This document shows positions 50,358 to 62,500 of a stretch of 64,000 nt of DNA, in pieces. This DNA is from Takakia lepidozioides (Eukaryota; Plantae; Bryophyta). Position 1 is the stretch's first letter. Every line of letters begins with the position of its first letter. Under the pieces are notes generated by a model. It saw nothing but the letters and a program-made list of their open reading frames with translations. It did not search any database and was not told the DNA's origin. The stretch covers positions 45,384,001 to 45,448,000 of the forward strand of contig CM060734.1 in the NCBI GenBank assembly GCA_030704615.1. The letters are read 5' to 3'. A program made the position numbers and the translations under genes.

Positions 50358-51968
50358 GGCAGCAGTTTTTGTTTTCACTCAAGGAGGAGTAGACCCACCC
50401 TCAATCCAAAGGGCCTCCTTCGTCTGCCTATGTTTCAAGTCCGCCGATCTTCGACTTTTCTGTGAATACCACCAGCGAGCAGCTGAGCAGCCAACTGTCA
50501 AGAACAGTCCCACACAGACCAGGCTACATCCACCAGGGCTCCAAGCATCTTCATCACAGGGAGAATTCTTGAACAACCTACTTCCATGCCCTGCTAGCAA
50601 GAGAGAACAATCAACTGGCAGCAACAGTTCTCTTTGCTGTTCTTTCGACAACAAAGAGGAAACATGACACTAGTCTATGCAACTGGAGAGAGTCCATAAA
50701 ACATCATCATCCCAGCATCATTCACATCCTTAGTGAGGACAGCCTCACCTTATCGAACCTTTTGTCCCCCCACTGTGAAGGATCTGAGGAGAACCCCTGC
50801 CGCAGACATTCTAAGCTTATTTCTTGGCCTCCAAAAGACAAGCACAACAGAGATCTTTAGGGGCTCCTTTCTCTCCTCTCTCTATCTCCTTGCCCCTTCA
50901 GACGTAGGTGTCACTGACAATGGCATCACACATGTCAGATATGGAGCAGCAGTGCCTGGTATCAACAGTATTTTCTAGGATGATGTCTACACCAATCCTT
51001 ACATGAACACTCAATTCCATGGGACTGGTTAGTGGTTGACAGTTGTGGGCTGAGTTTCGACATCCTCCTGGGTAATAACCCCGCAACTCGCTCCGGGAGG
51101 GTTGATATCCCGCGGGTCTTATGCCCTCAAGTAAATATCACAGCAAAATTTCGAAGGAAATGGTCGATTTGTACAATGCAATTGTGGGTATGGCCACATC
51201 TACATGTGTCACTAGGGACAGATACTGCGGTGAAAACTGCAACAAGGAAGGCGTGCACTTCCATTCGTACTTCAGCTGGATTTCCGTGGGCTATGCCTGA
51301 ACAATGTCACCAGTGTGTGTGTCTCTCTCAAACTGATTTCAAGGAGAAAATCTACCACAGTTCACACACACGGAAGGAGGTAAGGAGGAGAAGGGTTGAT
51401 TACAATCACGTTCTTCGAATGGGTTATGCAAGGATGGGTCAAAGGGGAACGGGGATCCAGCATTTGAGACCCAAAACACATTAAGACTGACATATCTGTA
51501 CCTTTCTTTGAAATTCCTGCAGGCTGCGAAGGCGTTGTAGCCAACGGTGGGAAGGGCCTGTAGCCCGGAATTGCTAGGCTGCGGGCCCAATTCAGCTCCA
51601 CAGCCGCGGCCTTTTCTCTGCTGCATGATGTGAGACCCTCCCGCCCTTCACCGCAATATAAAGACGGGGGCGTTGGTCATGGGCACTGCCTGCGCTGCAC
51701 GCTGCCATCTTCCTTCAGGAATGCAAACAAAAAGGCCACCAACATCCTACGTGGGATAGTCACCCATCACCTCCAGAACAAGGTGGTGGATGCTATCACA
51801 AATCACTGATTAGGAACTACTGTAGAGATTTGGCGCAGGGTCGGTGGATCCGACCCAAAATGTGAAAACATTGGGCAGCTGGTCGGATTCTCTCAGGTGA
51901 CCCGTGGTTGGAGATCCCGCTGTCTGCTACGCGAAGCTCTGCGTGAGAGAATTCTCTTCTAAGGAGGA

Positions 51969-53055
51969 ATGGCAGCTCGATCCGCCGCTTTCCTGAGCGA
52001 GGCCGCACCCATGCCCCTCTTTTCTCCTTGCTGTGGTCCAGCGGAAAGTCTCACATCACGGAGCAGATTAACGGGCGAGACTGTGGAGCTGACATGGCTG
52101 CCCAACTTGTCAACCAGACCCATCCGAGTAATCGCGATGATGCCTACCCAGTCTCCAGGGACGCCACATAAAGGTATAGAGGTCTTTCCGACTTTTCCTT
52201 GGTCTCTGGACTTTTTGGGTTACATCGATCCATCAAAATTATCTATATCCATCACGGAAGAAGAGAATTGAAACCCTCCTTGGGTGCATCAGAACTATCT
52301 GCAATGATACAAGGTCAAGCAAACTTGAAGATGGTTCTAGTGTCGATGTAGCTAGCCCCTGACCGAGATACAACGGATATTGTTTTGATGATGATGGAAG
52401 CGTTACAGTTTAGTTTTGCAGTAGATCAATGCAATAGATTTGTGACCCTGTTTATGTGTAGCAAGAGCCTGTCCTCATGGAGAGATCTTTCTCTGAGTTT
52501 CTAGTGGCTTTGAGCTATATAGTGGGATCTTTAATAGTTTGTAACTAACAGTTTTGAATTATGCAGGATGGCAGGGTTGAATCAGGCAAAGTGGTCTGAA
52601 TCAGGCAACTCCCCAGAAGCACTGCTTTTGAAAGAGGACCCAGGGAGGGAGTCACCAAAAGTCTTCTGGCACTGTGAGCACACTATGTAAGGCAGGACAT
52701 CTGAATGAAGCATTGCACATGTTGAGCGGACAATCCATTTCGGTAGACTCCATAACTTATGTCTGTCTCTTGCAGGAGTGTATAAAACTTGAGGACCTAG
52801 AAGCCAGAAGGAAGGTGCACGACCACATCATAGAAGGGCTGGTGGAATGCGAGAGTAATTGATACCCTGGCCCTGCTTCTATTGACATCCCTGAAAAATG
52901 GATTCAAGCCCCACACCTTTCTATTCAATACCCTGGTCATTTTGTATGCCAAATATATGAGTGCGATGTATGAATGCCAAGTGTTTAACAAAATGTCTGA
53001 ATAGTGCATCTTCACTTGGACAATAATGATTGCAAGGTATGTGAAGCATGGTGGA
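51969..53055 (+). pseudogene. 5' remnant of a PPR paralog
   Basis: MAARSA...CC...LTSRS..EL.W leader homologous to 32805-32994, and an intron acceptor like 35475-35504. TLCKAGHLNEAL...DSITYVCLLQECIKL follows, then frameshifts and stops; it breaks off in the first P motif. Confidence 0.8.
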
Positions 53056-54917
53056 GTAGCTTCAATCCTTTAAAATCTAACTGTCTGGAGAATATTTTCC
53101 TCTGGTCCTTGGATTGGGCTACAGGGAAGGGGTGACTTGGAAGCCTCGCAACATGTCCCTTCCATTTCTTCCATTTCTCCCCCTGTCAGAATATCAGCTC
53201 TCTGCCTGAGATAGTGCCTGTTTCGGGTTCTACTTTGGTAGCATCAATGTGTTTGACTCGCACTTGCCTACAGGTGATTTCAAAGACGTGGAGGTCTCGG
53301 CCTCCAGACAGGCAGCATTGGGGTTGCCGTGGGTGGTGGTCTTAATGCCAGCAGATGGGATTGTTCCCGAGTCTCCAAGCTTCCTACATTGGACAATTCT
53401 TACATTTCTATTGTGGTGATAAAGAGGAATGTAACAAGATTGTTTGTCACACTTGCCCGGTTCAGAAAATAAAACGTGACTTGGGCACTGGGGATGGTGC
53501 AGTGGAGTCTTCTGAATTCTAACTCCCGATCTCTACTGTGGCTCGTACTGTCATAGCTCCCACTTCACCTTATTAAGCTCCATGTGTCTGGTGCCTGTGC
53601 CCAACAATGACAATAGGGATTCAAGATTGACAACCCCTTCTGCAGAGTTAGCGGATCACCTGGCACCTGAAATAAGGAGCTCTCCTGATGATCATTTCTT
53701 TGAAGTGGGATGCAGCAACTTCTGCACAATGAGTGCCACTGAGCTCCTTACCACTGGCATTTGGGGGCTGTACATAACCACGTACTAGTGTCTTAAACAG
53801 ATGGCAAGCCTTCTGCAGCACCTATCAACATTGAAGAAATAAGCTGTTATACTTGAGCCAAATCTACCCTGAACTTCAAAAGCAATGCCCACTGGTGCAG
53901 GTCTTTCAGCATGTAAAGAGTTGCTGCCTCGTTGTCTATAGAAAACGGAGATGGTACCTTAAAGAACTATAAGATTCCTTGCTACCAGGGACCCTCAAAC
54001 CCTTGCTATCTTCTGCCAGGGGAGCGTACTGAAAATACTAATCGGCAGTTCTTCCGTACCAAACGAGGCGCCAGCTCGTTGTGTCTTATATGAGCATGTG
54101 GACTGGTTATTAAAACACAGATCAAGACCTAGGTTGTAGGAGATATGGCATTACAGGTAATCTACACACGGGAAACATCTTTCTGGATCTCCAGGCTCAT
54201 GGAGTTCGTTCTCTAGGCACAGATTGTATTATCACGGGGCCCTGTGGATGTTTGAAATCACTTCATCTATCGATCTATCCGATGGCTCGCGGCTTATTCC
54301 CTATTACAATTCATCTTATCTGATAGGCTCCCCTCACTAGATGCCACAACCTCCCTCCCTCCCTCCCTCCCTCCCTCCCTCTCCCCAGGTCACTAAACTG
54401 AACCCCTGCACCATTTTTACTGCCAAGAATCACTCTTTCCCCTACTTTTCCCATTCTGTAAAGTGTCGAACAGAGGTGCCATGGATTTTGAGATCAGCGC
54501 AACTTAATGCAAAGCATATCATCACTACGGCTCAACTACAGCACAACCTACCTCAGCTCTAAGGTGAGGAGGAAACTCACACCTACTGAATCCTCTCGCC
54601 CCTCTTTCCCTTTCATGCACGCAACCATGGTCAATCAATGCATTCTAAGCTAGAACTCATCAGACACACTCACCTTGCTGGATTGCTGTGGGACCCAGAT
54701 GACCCCTCTTGAGTGTAAAGAAGCAAATCAAAGACTGAAAAGCAAGGCATTGATTCAGTCTTTTGAGAAAGAGGTCCATTTCCATCCACCAAACTTAGCA
54801 TTGCATACTAGTGTTGTGGGTAGAATAAACCTTCCATTAATCGATAGAAACCTGTTGATTTCTCGGTTGTATAGGAGGGTTTTGGTGACAATATTGGAGT
54901 TATTGGGTGTTGGATAT

Positions 54918-54958
54918 ATCCCATATCGTTTGCACAGAAGTTTTACGCACATATAAAT
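54918..54958 (+). promoter_or_regulatory. Pol III type-3 promoter of U6 (USE + TATA)
   Basis: USE ATCCCATATCG at 54918-54928 (plant consensus RTCCCACATCG) and TATAAAT at 54952-54958, about 30 nt upstream of +1. Confidence 0.88.
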
Positions 54959-54981
54959 GTTGAAACGTGACATTTGTTGTT

Positions 54982-55001
54982 GTCTCTTCGGAGACATCTG
55001 A

Positions 55002-55033
<32 letters not shown>

Positions 55034-55085
55034 GGCCCCTGCGCAAGGATGACACGCACAAATCGAGAAATGGTCCAAATTTTTT
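54982..55085 (+). ncRNA. U6: U6 spliceosomal snRNA
   Basis: GTCTCTTCGGAGAC 5' hairpin, ACAGAGA box, AGC triad/ISL (TTAGCATGGCCCCTGCGCAAGGATGA), and a T-run terminator. Confidence 0.97.
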
Positions 55086-56174
55086 GTTCCATTCTATGGC
55101 TGAGGCACCTTCGTGTGTTTGGATTTCTAGCGAGGAAGCAGTCAGCCCATTCTCCTGAATGCTCGTGCAGGTATGAATGTATGATCGGTTCCTCCTCAGA
55201 TCGTTTCAGTTATGGCTTCTTGGGAGGGTGGCCGTGAAATCTATATCGGGATACTTTTGTGTTGTGTGATTGGGGTGATCAGGATTGTTGGTGATGGCAG
55301 GATGGAGTGTGGTGGGCGCCGAGGTGCAGGTTATTCTGACCTCTTGTCTTCTCTCTCTCTCTCTCTCGTTTCAACCTCGGTGGGTGCGAGCAATTTTTTC
55401 TTATCAAATACAGCATTACCACCGCAAACTCCATACAGACATCATCATGATGTTAAGCTAGTAAACTGATCAGACCTTGCCTGTCCGAAAATTCTCTCAA
55501 GCCAACAAAAGCTTGTCAGCCCACAAGCTTCCTGTGGTCAATATCCTCTAGTCAAACAAATGCATGGTATACCTGCCAATAAGGCAAGCTGCTGCATTGC
55601 TACTAAACGTTCTGAGAAGGAGCAAGCGGGAGCAGAAAAAAAGATTTTTTTTGCTTTTCTCGTGTTGCAAGCTCTTAGCATTCCTTTCATCGCTGTGCGA
55701 ACAAAATGGGATAAACCCCGATGAGTAGGCATGATCAGTCATTCATCAACTTAATTGATCTCTCAGAGCCTCTGTTGGCGTAGCCAACGAAGTGCAGTCT
55801 GCGGCCAGAGAGCCCGGAGGGCGGGAACGATAGAAGGGAAAGCCACATTCCATTCACACAGAACCCCCTGCTCACTGTGTGAATGAATCACTATGTTTTT
55901 TGGTGTTTATTTGTAACTATGGATGAAAATTCCATGTAGACCTGTCTTGGACTATTTCGCTTGTTAATCGAGAGTATCGGTGCTGTACTCAAGAACCCTT
56001 TGAGTAGTTCTGCCTTGGGGCAGGGCCAATTAACAGCCCTTGATATTCAATGGCGACTGCCAGGTTGGACAAAGTCGAACAGCCATGACAGCAGACCCCC
56101 TGTCTCTGCATCCGCTGATTCAACCTATGTGAGAACACACATTCCTAAGTGCAGAGACCAGGAATCCACAAACA

Positions 56175-56370
56175 TCAGCTAAAGTCCATTGTACTCTGCA
56201 AGAGACATTTGGATTGGCCTATAGAAGCAACCCACATTCACTATTGCGGGAAAGTTGACAAACAAACTAGAGTCAGCTAAAGTCCATTGTACTCTGCAAG
56301 AGACATTTGGATTGGCCTATAGAAGCAACCCACATTCACTATTGCGGGAAAGTTGACAAACAAACTAGAG
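56175..56370. repeat. perfect 98-bp tandem duplication
   Basis: 56175-56272 is identical to 56273-56370. Confidence 0.9.
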
Positions 56371-57291
56371 TAAATTGAGAATTCCCCAGAAAGGATGGAT
56401 AGGTGCACACTTCTAAGTAGATTACCCACAGAGAACATAGTATAGAAGCATAGTCAGCGGCACCCACTGAATGTAAATTTCCTTGTGAGTCTGGTAATAA
56501 TAAAGTGGACCATATTCCAGTTTGTTTCATGCCACACTTGAACACAGGAAGGAGAATGCAGCAGGTAACAAAATCCCAGGATTCCGCATAATGACCAAGG
56601 GATGGTGACAAGTTAACCTTTTCTTTATCACCAAGGGCATTCAGATGAGTACAAAGGTAACAACAACAAAATTAGCAGAGTGCACACGCACTAACACACA
56701 CATACATGCCAGTGCCCCCAACAACAAGGGGGCCTGCTTGCGCCATCTTAAAAAGAGTGCGGTCGTGTAATCTGCATCCATCATAATGAACTGACCACAC
56801 AGAGACCACACAGAAGTGCAGCCATCCTACGCCAATCTATTGATGTCCTAGGGCCAACAAGTACATTTCTATTGATGCTCTCTATTGAAATGTCCAGCAG
56901 ACCACCCAACAGTCTTGTCATCATTTGTCTATGTTAAATCCCTGGAAGCTTTTGAACAGCAACCCACAATTGGTCCACAATATGCAAAGTACATGTTGAA
57001 ATCGCTAACAAACTGATAATGAACAAATACCAGAACATACACTTCAACAAATGCAAGCAGGTATGGTGCAAGAACCAGTCCAACAATGGAGTTGTTGACA
57101 ATTGAAAGCTTCTACAATAACATGCTGACTCATGGCATTTCTCTTCAACTTTGTCCTTCCTGAACCAGGTGAATATACTCACCTCATGCTCGTTCATGGT
57201 GTTTTGGCACTTAACATCCATTAGGTCATCTTGCAGTTTTGAGATAATGGACTAGTCTAGATCCCTCATAAACTTGCAATAAAACACAAGC

Positions 57292-58683
57292 CTATTGGTA
57301 ACCAGACACAATTTCAATTGCACTACAAAGGGGCCAGGCTGCTTCAACCTCTGACCCCTTGTAAATTACCTTCTTCACCAGAGTAATCTCCTGGTTTTGA
57401 TCAATTCTGAAGCCTGTCACAAGAAGGGAGAACTCATAAACTAAATCTATACAAAGATATTTCTTTTTCGCTTCCTTCAATTTTGGGAAGTCTTTGGTTA
57501 AATCTGCAAGGCTGGTGCTGCAGACTTTCTTTGCAACTTTCTCAAAATCAGAGGGCTTCACCTTTGCTTCCAAGGCCTTCGGGTCTTTGATAATGCCAGC
57601 ATCCAGTGCCCTATCAAAGAAAAATGAGGCAACAAACAGCTGCTTGTAACCTTTGCCACCACCTCCAGTCCAGACTCCTCCAAATGTGCACTCAAGATGC
57701 TTGCATGCCTGATTTGCATTGAGGGATTTTACCACCAACTCCTTACACTTGGTAAAATCACCACCCTCTTGGCTGGGTATGGCTGTATAGTTGGTGCCAG
57801 CATAAATGTATGGCCCGTGATAGCCTTTGGCAACACAAGGGCAGGCAGCCCTATTCTTCATGAGCTTGAACACCTCTGCACGAGCTGCTAACAAACCGTA
57901 GTGCAAATAACTGTGCACGTACAAGTAGTACCTCACACCCAAAAGCATGATTTTTTGCACATATTCAATCTCATCTTTAGCTGGTTTGGGCGCCTTCCGA
58001 AAGTCTTCATCAGATAGAGCATATGCCACTTGCACTGAACCCCCACCCAGATCTACAATTCCCACTGTTTGGTCATAATTCTTCCCTAAATTACCTCGCA
58101 GATAGTTGATTGTCACCCATTGATAAGAACCTTCCTGTGTGCCATCAATGATGTTGACCCAATCAGGCTTGAAATAGAGCCCACTTTGCCCTAGCACTGT
58201 CTTCGCCTCTCGCAACAGATTCTCAGCCTCGTCTCCAGGTAATGTCCTGAGCCCCGCCGTCGCCCCCAGCCGTACAGGGGTGTTGGCCTGTTGATTGGCA
58301 GGCACTACTTGCAAAGCCTCCTCCAGCAATGACTGCAATGATTCGGCCGCCTTCTTAGGATCCTTGGCATAGTCACTCAACCCTGGTTCCCGATGTTTGA
58401 ACACCTCCAGCTCGTTTCCAACTTTGATTAGATCAATCCTCTTGTCAAAGCAGTAAACATGCACCCGGCTACCTGAGCTTCCTGCATCAAATATCACAGC
58501 ATATCGCTTCAAGCTTGGCAACCTCAAATAGCTGGAAGGCAGAATGAATGCGTCCAGGGATCCCGAGCGTTGCATTAGCATCAGCACCATTGACATGACT
58601 GCCAATGGCACACTGACCACGATTATCACCCCTCTAAACCGGTTATACTTGTCGGCGGATGTATCCTCACGCAGACTTCGCAT
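57292..58683 (-). CDS. apyrase / NTPDase (GDA1/CD39 family, APY1/2-like), intronless
   Basis: N-terminal TM anchor after MRSLREDTSADKYNRFRG. ACR1 DAGSSGSR, ACR2 ATAGLR, ACR3 GTQEG, ACR4 DLGGGSVQ, ACR5 WPLCSA. The first ATG is at 58683. Confidence 0.93.
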   Translation of the reverse strand: MRSLREDTSADKYNRFRGVIIVVSVPLAVMSMVLMLMQRSGSLDAFILPSSYLRLPSLKRYAVIFDAGSSGSRVHVYCFDKRIDLIKVGNELEVFKHREPGLSDYAKDPKKAAESLQSLLEEALQVVPANQQANTPVRLGATAGLRTLPGDEAENLLREAKTVLGQSGLYFKPDWVNIIDGTQEGSYQWVTINYLRGNLGKNYDQTVGIVDLGGGSVQVAYALSDEDFRKAPKPAKDEIEYVQKIMLLGVRYYLYVHSYLHYGLLAARAEVFKLMKNRAACPCVAKGYHGPYIYAGTNYTAIPSQEGGDFTKCKELVVKSLNANQACKHLECTFGGVWTGGGGKGYKQLFVASFFFDRALDAGIIKDPKALEAKVKPSDFEKVAKKVCSTSLADLTKDFPKLKEAKKKYLCIDLVYEFSLLVTGFRIDQNQEITLVKKVIYKGSEVEAAWPLCSAIEIVSGYQ

Positions 58684-59253
58684 CTTCTCTTTCCACTGGT
58701 CATCTCCTTCATTCGCAGCCTGAGTGCTTTCCAGACCGGTGCTGGACCGGAAACGGATATTGCCTTCCACCTCCAGATTGATGTTGGGGGGCAACTTTGC
58801 AGAATTTGGCTGCGTTTGACGTGAAATCAGATCACCCCCCACAGAAGAATCAATTACACGTAACCCACAACACAGCCTAACGTCAACCTCCAGAAACCAC
58901 CACTAAGTTCAAAACCAGAAACCCGTATGTGCAGTGCCACCTCTGTGCCGCAAATTCACAAAACTCCTGCACTAACCCAATCTGAGGAGCATGGAATGCT
59001 AAGAACAACGGCTGGAGATACACATTATCCATGCAAACAAGAATCTGTTTTGCAACAATTGTTGCGTGACCGGCTCGAAGAACAGCTGGTTTCTTCTCTG
59101 TTTTTGTGTGCAATGTTATAAAGCACTTTGCCTCCAAGTGTTGCCAAATGATTGACGAGACCAAGGATAACCAAACGACACGGGACACTTGGCCACCGAC
59201 TCTGTAGCAAGGGAATCAACAATCAACAGTTTACCACTGACGCCATGAAAGCA

Positions 59254-59410
59254 TGGTGTGTGGGTCCGGGGCTTGGACCCACACACCACAGTAGGTAGGC
59301 TATACATGTGTGAAAGTGTTTCGAGGGTGGGTTGAATGTATGTTCAGTTGTCGAACTGTACGTAGAGAACCGAAGCTGGAAGCCATGTGGAAGCTGTGGG
59401 ACCACGTCAT
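59254..59410. promoter_or_regulatory. putative bidirectional promoter with inverted TCP-type sites
   Basis: Perfect 14-bp inverted repeat TGGTGTGTGGGTCC-7nt-GGACCCACACACCA, each arm carrying GGNCCCAC. A further GTGGGACC and CCACGTCA lie at ~59396-59409, between divergent genes. Confidence 0.4.
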
Positions 59411-59513
59411 CCTTCTTAACAAGAAAGAAAAACTATGAGCGGATCTCCTAGGACAAGCTTATGAACTGGGCTCTATGCTTAGCAATCTTTCTTCTTGGTG
59501 GAATTGTGCAGCC

Positions 59514-62500
59514 ATGGCTGTCTGCCGCAGGAGCTTGCGGCTAGTGTCCCTCCCTCTTTTGCAGCCTTCAGTGTCTGGGAAGGCGGCAACAGCCAGCCTC
59601 TCAGGTACCAGGAAGTCTATCACTACCCCTGCATCTACAGGTACCTCCAATGCAAGTGTGGGGCTGAGTAATGGGAATCTGGAGCCCGGAACACGTCGGC
59701 AATCGAAAAGAACGACCGGGAAAGGGGTGGTGTTCCCCATCAAAACTGAGCCGCCGCAGAGAACGAGGGGGGATAGTGCACCGAAGCCATTGCCAAAGCT
59801 TGGGAGTAAGAGGAAGCTGAATTTCGAAGGAAACGAGAAGGAGGATGTTCATGCTGGCATTTCGTCTTCCAATCTACTATTGGGTCGAGTCAAACTTGAA
59901 AGAGGCTCTCCCGGTCGTTCGAGTGCGGAGCAGACTGTCGTCAAAGAGGAAGAAGATGAAGATTGTGAAGGACAACTCCAATCTGTTGCAAGGACTGAAC
60001 GAAAGCCGAAAAGAAAAGTGAAGGTTGAAGATAGCCATGGTGATCAAAGAGCGCGGGCTCAGCGGAAAGCCATTGGAATCGAGGAGGAGTCTAAACGTCC
60101 TGACCGCAAGCACAGCGGGGCTCCCAGAAAATTGCTGGAGGACGTGAAAGAGAGGGGGACTCGGTCTAAACGAGGGGTTCCACCACCCAGGGAGACAGAG
60201 AGGCGAGGTTGTGATGGAATTGATGTAGCTGTCCTGGCATCAGTCCAAGCGCCCGCCATATCTGCTGGAACGGGTTTGTTCCCCCTTACTCGTCCTCTGA
60301 TCAAGTAGTTTTAAATTTGGTCTGAGAGCTTATAGGCGGGAGAAAGAAAGGCGATACAGCTGCCTGATGGAGGTGGAGGGGACAGTCTTTTGTACAGATT
60401 GCAGGAAATTTCTAAGAATCTGAATTGTGACAAGACTTACTACCAGTACATTCGACCCCATTGTATTCTCCAGCCTGTTGGGATCTGAAGCGGGAAATCG
60501 GATTGGAATTTGACAAAACCATATAAGAGTGCCCTTGGGAATGCGTTGACAATGTTCAACTAGTCATTAAGTATTGCAGTCAGCCTGGATCTTAAACCCA
60601 AAACTTTTCATCCTGAATAGTGTAGTAAACTTATGCCAGGCTGCAATTAGGGCATTTCACTGGAGTTGTTTCAACCAGAGCATGGGTGAAGAATGTGCAC
60701 CAAGCCTCTTTTGGAATGAGCTATAAGGATTTTTCAATTCTGGTCTCGCATCAGACTAAGTCTTTCCACACAGTCTACGATAAACAGATACAGAGAGGAA
60801 AGGGAGATTGTCAATGCCTGATGTGCGGATGCGTGGGCGGCGTGAAGACAATATCCATTGTGTGATACAATGTCCGGGATGTTCTCATCAGAGAGCGACC
60901 CTCTTGTGGACCATCCCCTGCATCAACTTTCAGATCTCGAGGCTGAGTCTAAAGCCTGGGCCTGTTGGGGTCTAATTAGTAGATTGATGATTTTGTGAAG
61001 AGAGTTCTAGAGGAAGGCTGGACCACCCGAAGCAATTATTTATACCAAGGTATGTTCTACTGAGTGAGCCCCTCACAAAGGTAGTGTTCGTGTCTCTTGG
61101 TCTTGCTCCGTCCAAACTGCACCCGGGTCTATGGCCACAAGGCTATGGCAAACAATGTCTCATGAGTACATTTATATAGAGAGATTGAAAGGACCAACCT
61201 GATTCAGTGGGTTTGACAATTGGAGCGCGATCTGCTTGATCCCTTTATCATTTCCATAAAACATACATCAACTACAGAATAATTTGCTTCACCCTTTGCC
61301 ACCCTCGACACCTTTGAATGTTTATAGCCTCTGGCTTAGCTTGGCCTTTGTCCCCTTTGATTTATTCACTCTACTTTGGAGGATTCCTCCTTGATGTTCT
61401 CCAAGTGAAAGTCCAGTTACTGTAGTGAGCCAATTGCACTTTACTGACAGATCATTAAACACAGAGAGAGCCTAATCAGCCATTTATAGAGACAGGTGTG
61501 TGAAGCAATTATCAGGTACTATAAATCCAAAAAAAATGAAATGATACTTAAAAAGAAAAGAAACAAAGAAAATGAAATGATACTTAGAAAGAAAGGAGCT
61601 TCCCAGTCTGCAAAGGAAAATGCCCTGGCGCAGTACTGGGCTCAATAAACCCGGTAGAGCAACAGCTGAATTCGAGACAGGTTTGTTGCCCTGCACCACT
61701 TTTTATGCAACGCATACCGTCCCACAGATATGAATGTTGTGTCGACTGAAACTAGTACTGGTGTTGGTGTTCATCTGCGTCACTCTCTGATTTTGAAGAT
61801 ACCTTGTTCACAACAGCTATGGAGGTGGCAGTAGGATATGAAGGTCCATATCCCACTTTCCCAAGGCCCCTACCTGAAGAATGCCGCGAGGTGCGGGACC
61901 GTTTATTAGCTCTCCATGGACTTGGTGAATACGTCCGGCACCGGTCATGCCCAACAGTCCCAATGGCGATTCGTGAGCCACTAGACAGCCCCAATCAACT
62001 GGACAATACTTGCAAATCTGACTCTCCACCCCAGGTCAGTCATTTTCTGACCTTTAACAAAACTGAGGGGTGATAGAACAACAAACTGAGGAACCTCTAC
62101 CTGTGCATAAACACCACAAGGACTTTCTTCGCAATTCCTGCAACACCTTGTAACACAGAAGCTCTCTATCAAGCTATCTTTATCACACAAGTGCTAACTA
62201 TGCTAACACCTTGCACTCATCGATGTAAGCAGGTCTTCTTCTAGTGATACGGAAATGGTGAAAAGAGGTGAAACCCACTCTATCACGTTATATAAGTCAA
62301 GCCAATAGCACCTAGCATATCAAGCTACAGGAGGAGCTTCACATCCACATACATCCCGAATTACATACATCTGTGTGAGGAGGATAACAATAATTATATT
62401 CTTTTGAAGTCTTTTCTTTTCTCACATACGTTCACTTTGTGTAGGTGTGGAATCCCATATTCCATATGCCGTAGGACATGTTCTGGTGTAGGAGGTTTGA

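Noticed and set aside
55690-55790. Possible snoRNA near U6 (TGATGA-like box on the minus strand and a short palindrome)
   Set aside because: No convincing box pairing or similarity to a snoRNA I recognise.
59254-59300. Hairpin as a Helitron 3' end
   Set aside because: No CTRR terminus at the expected distance on either strand.
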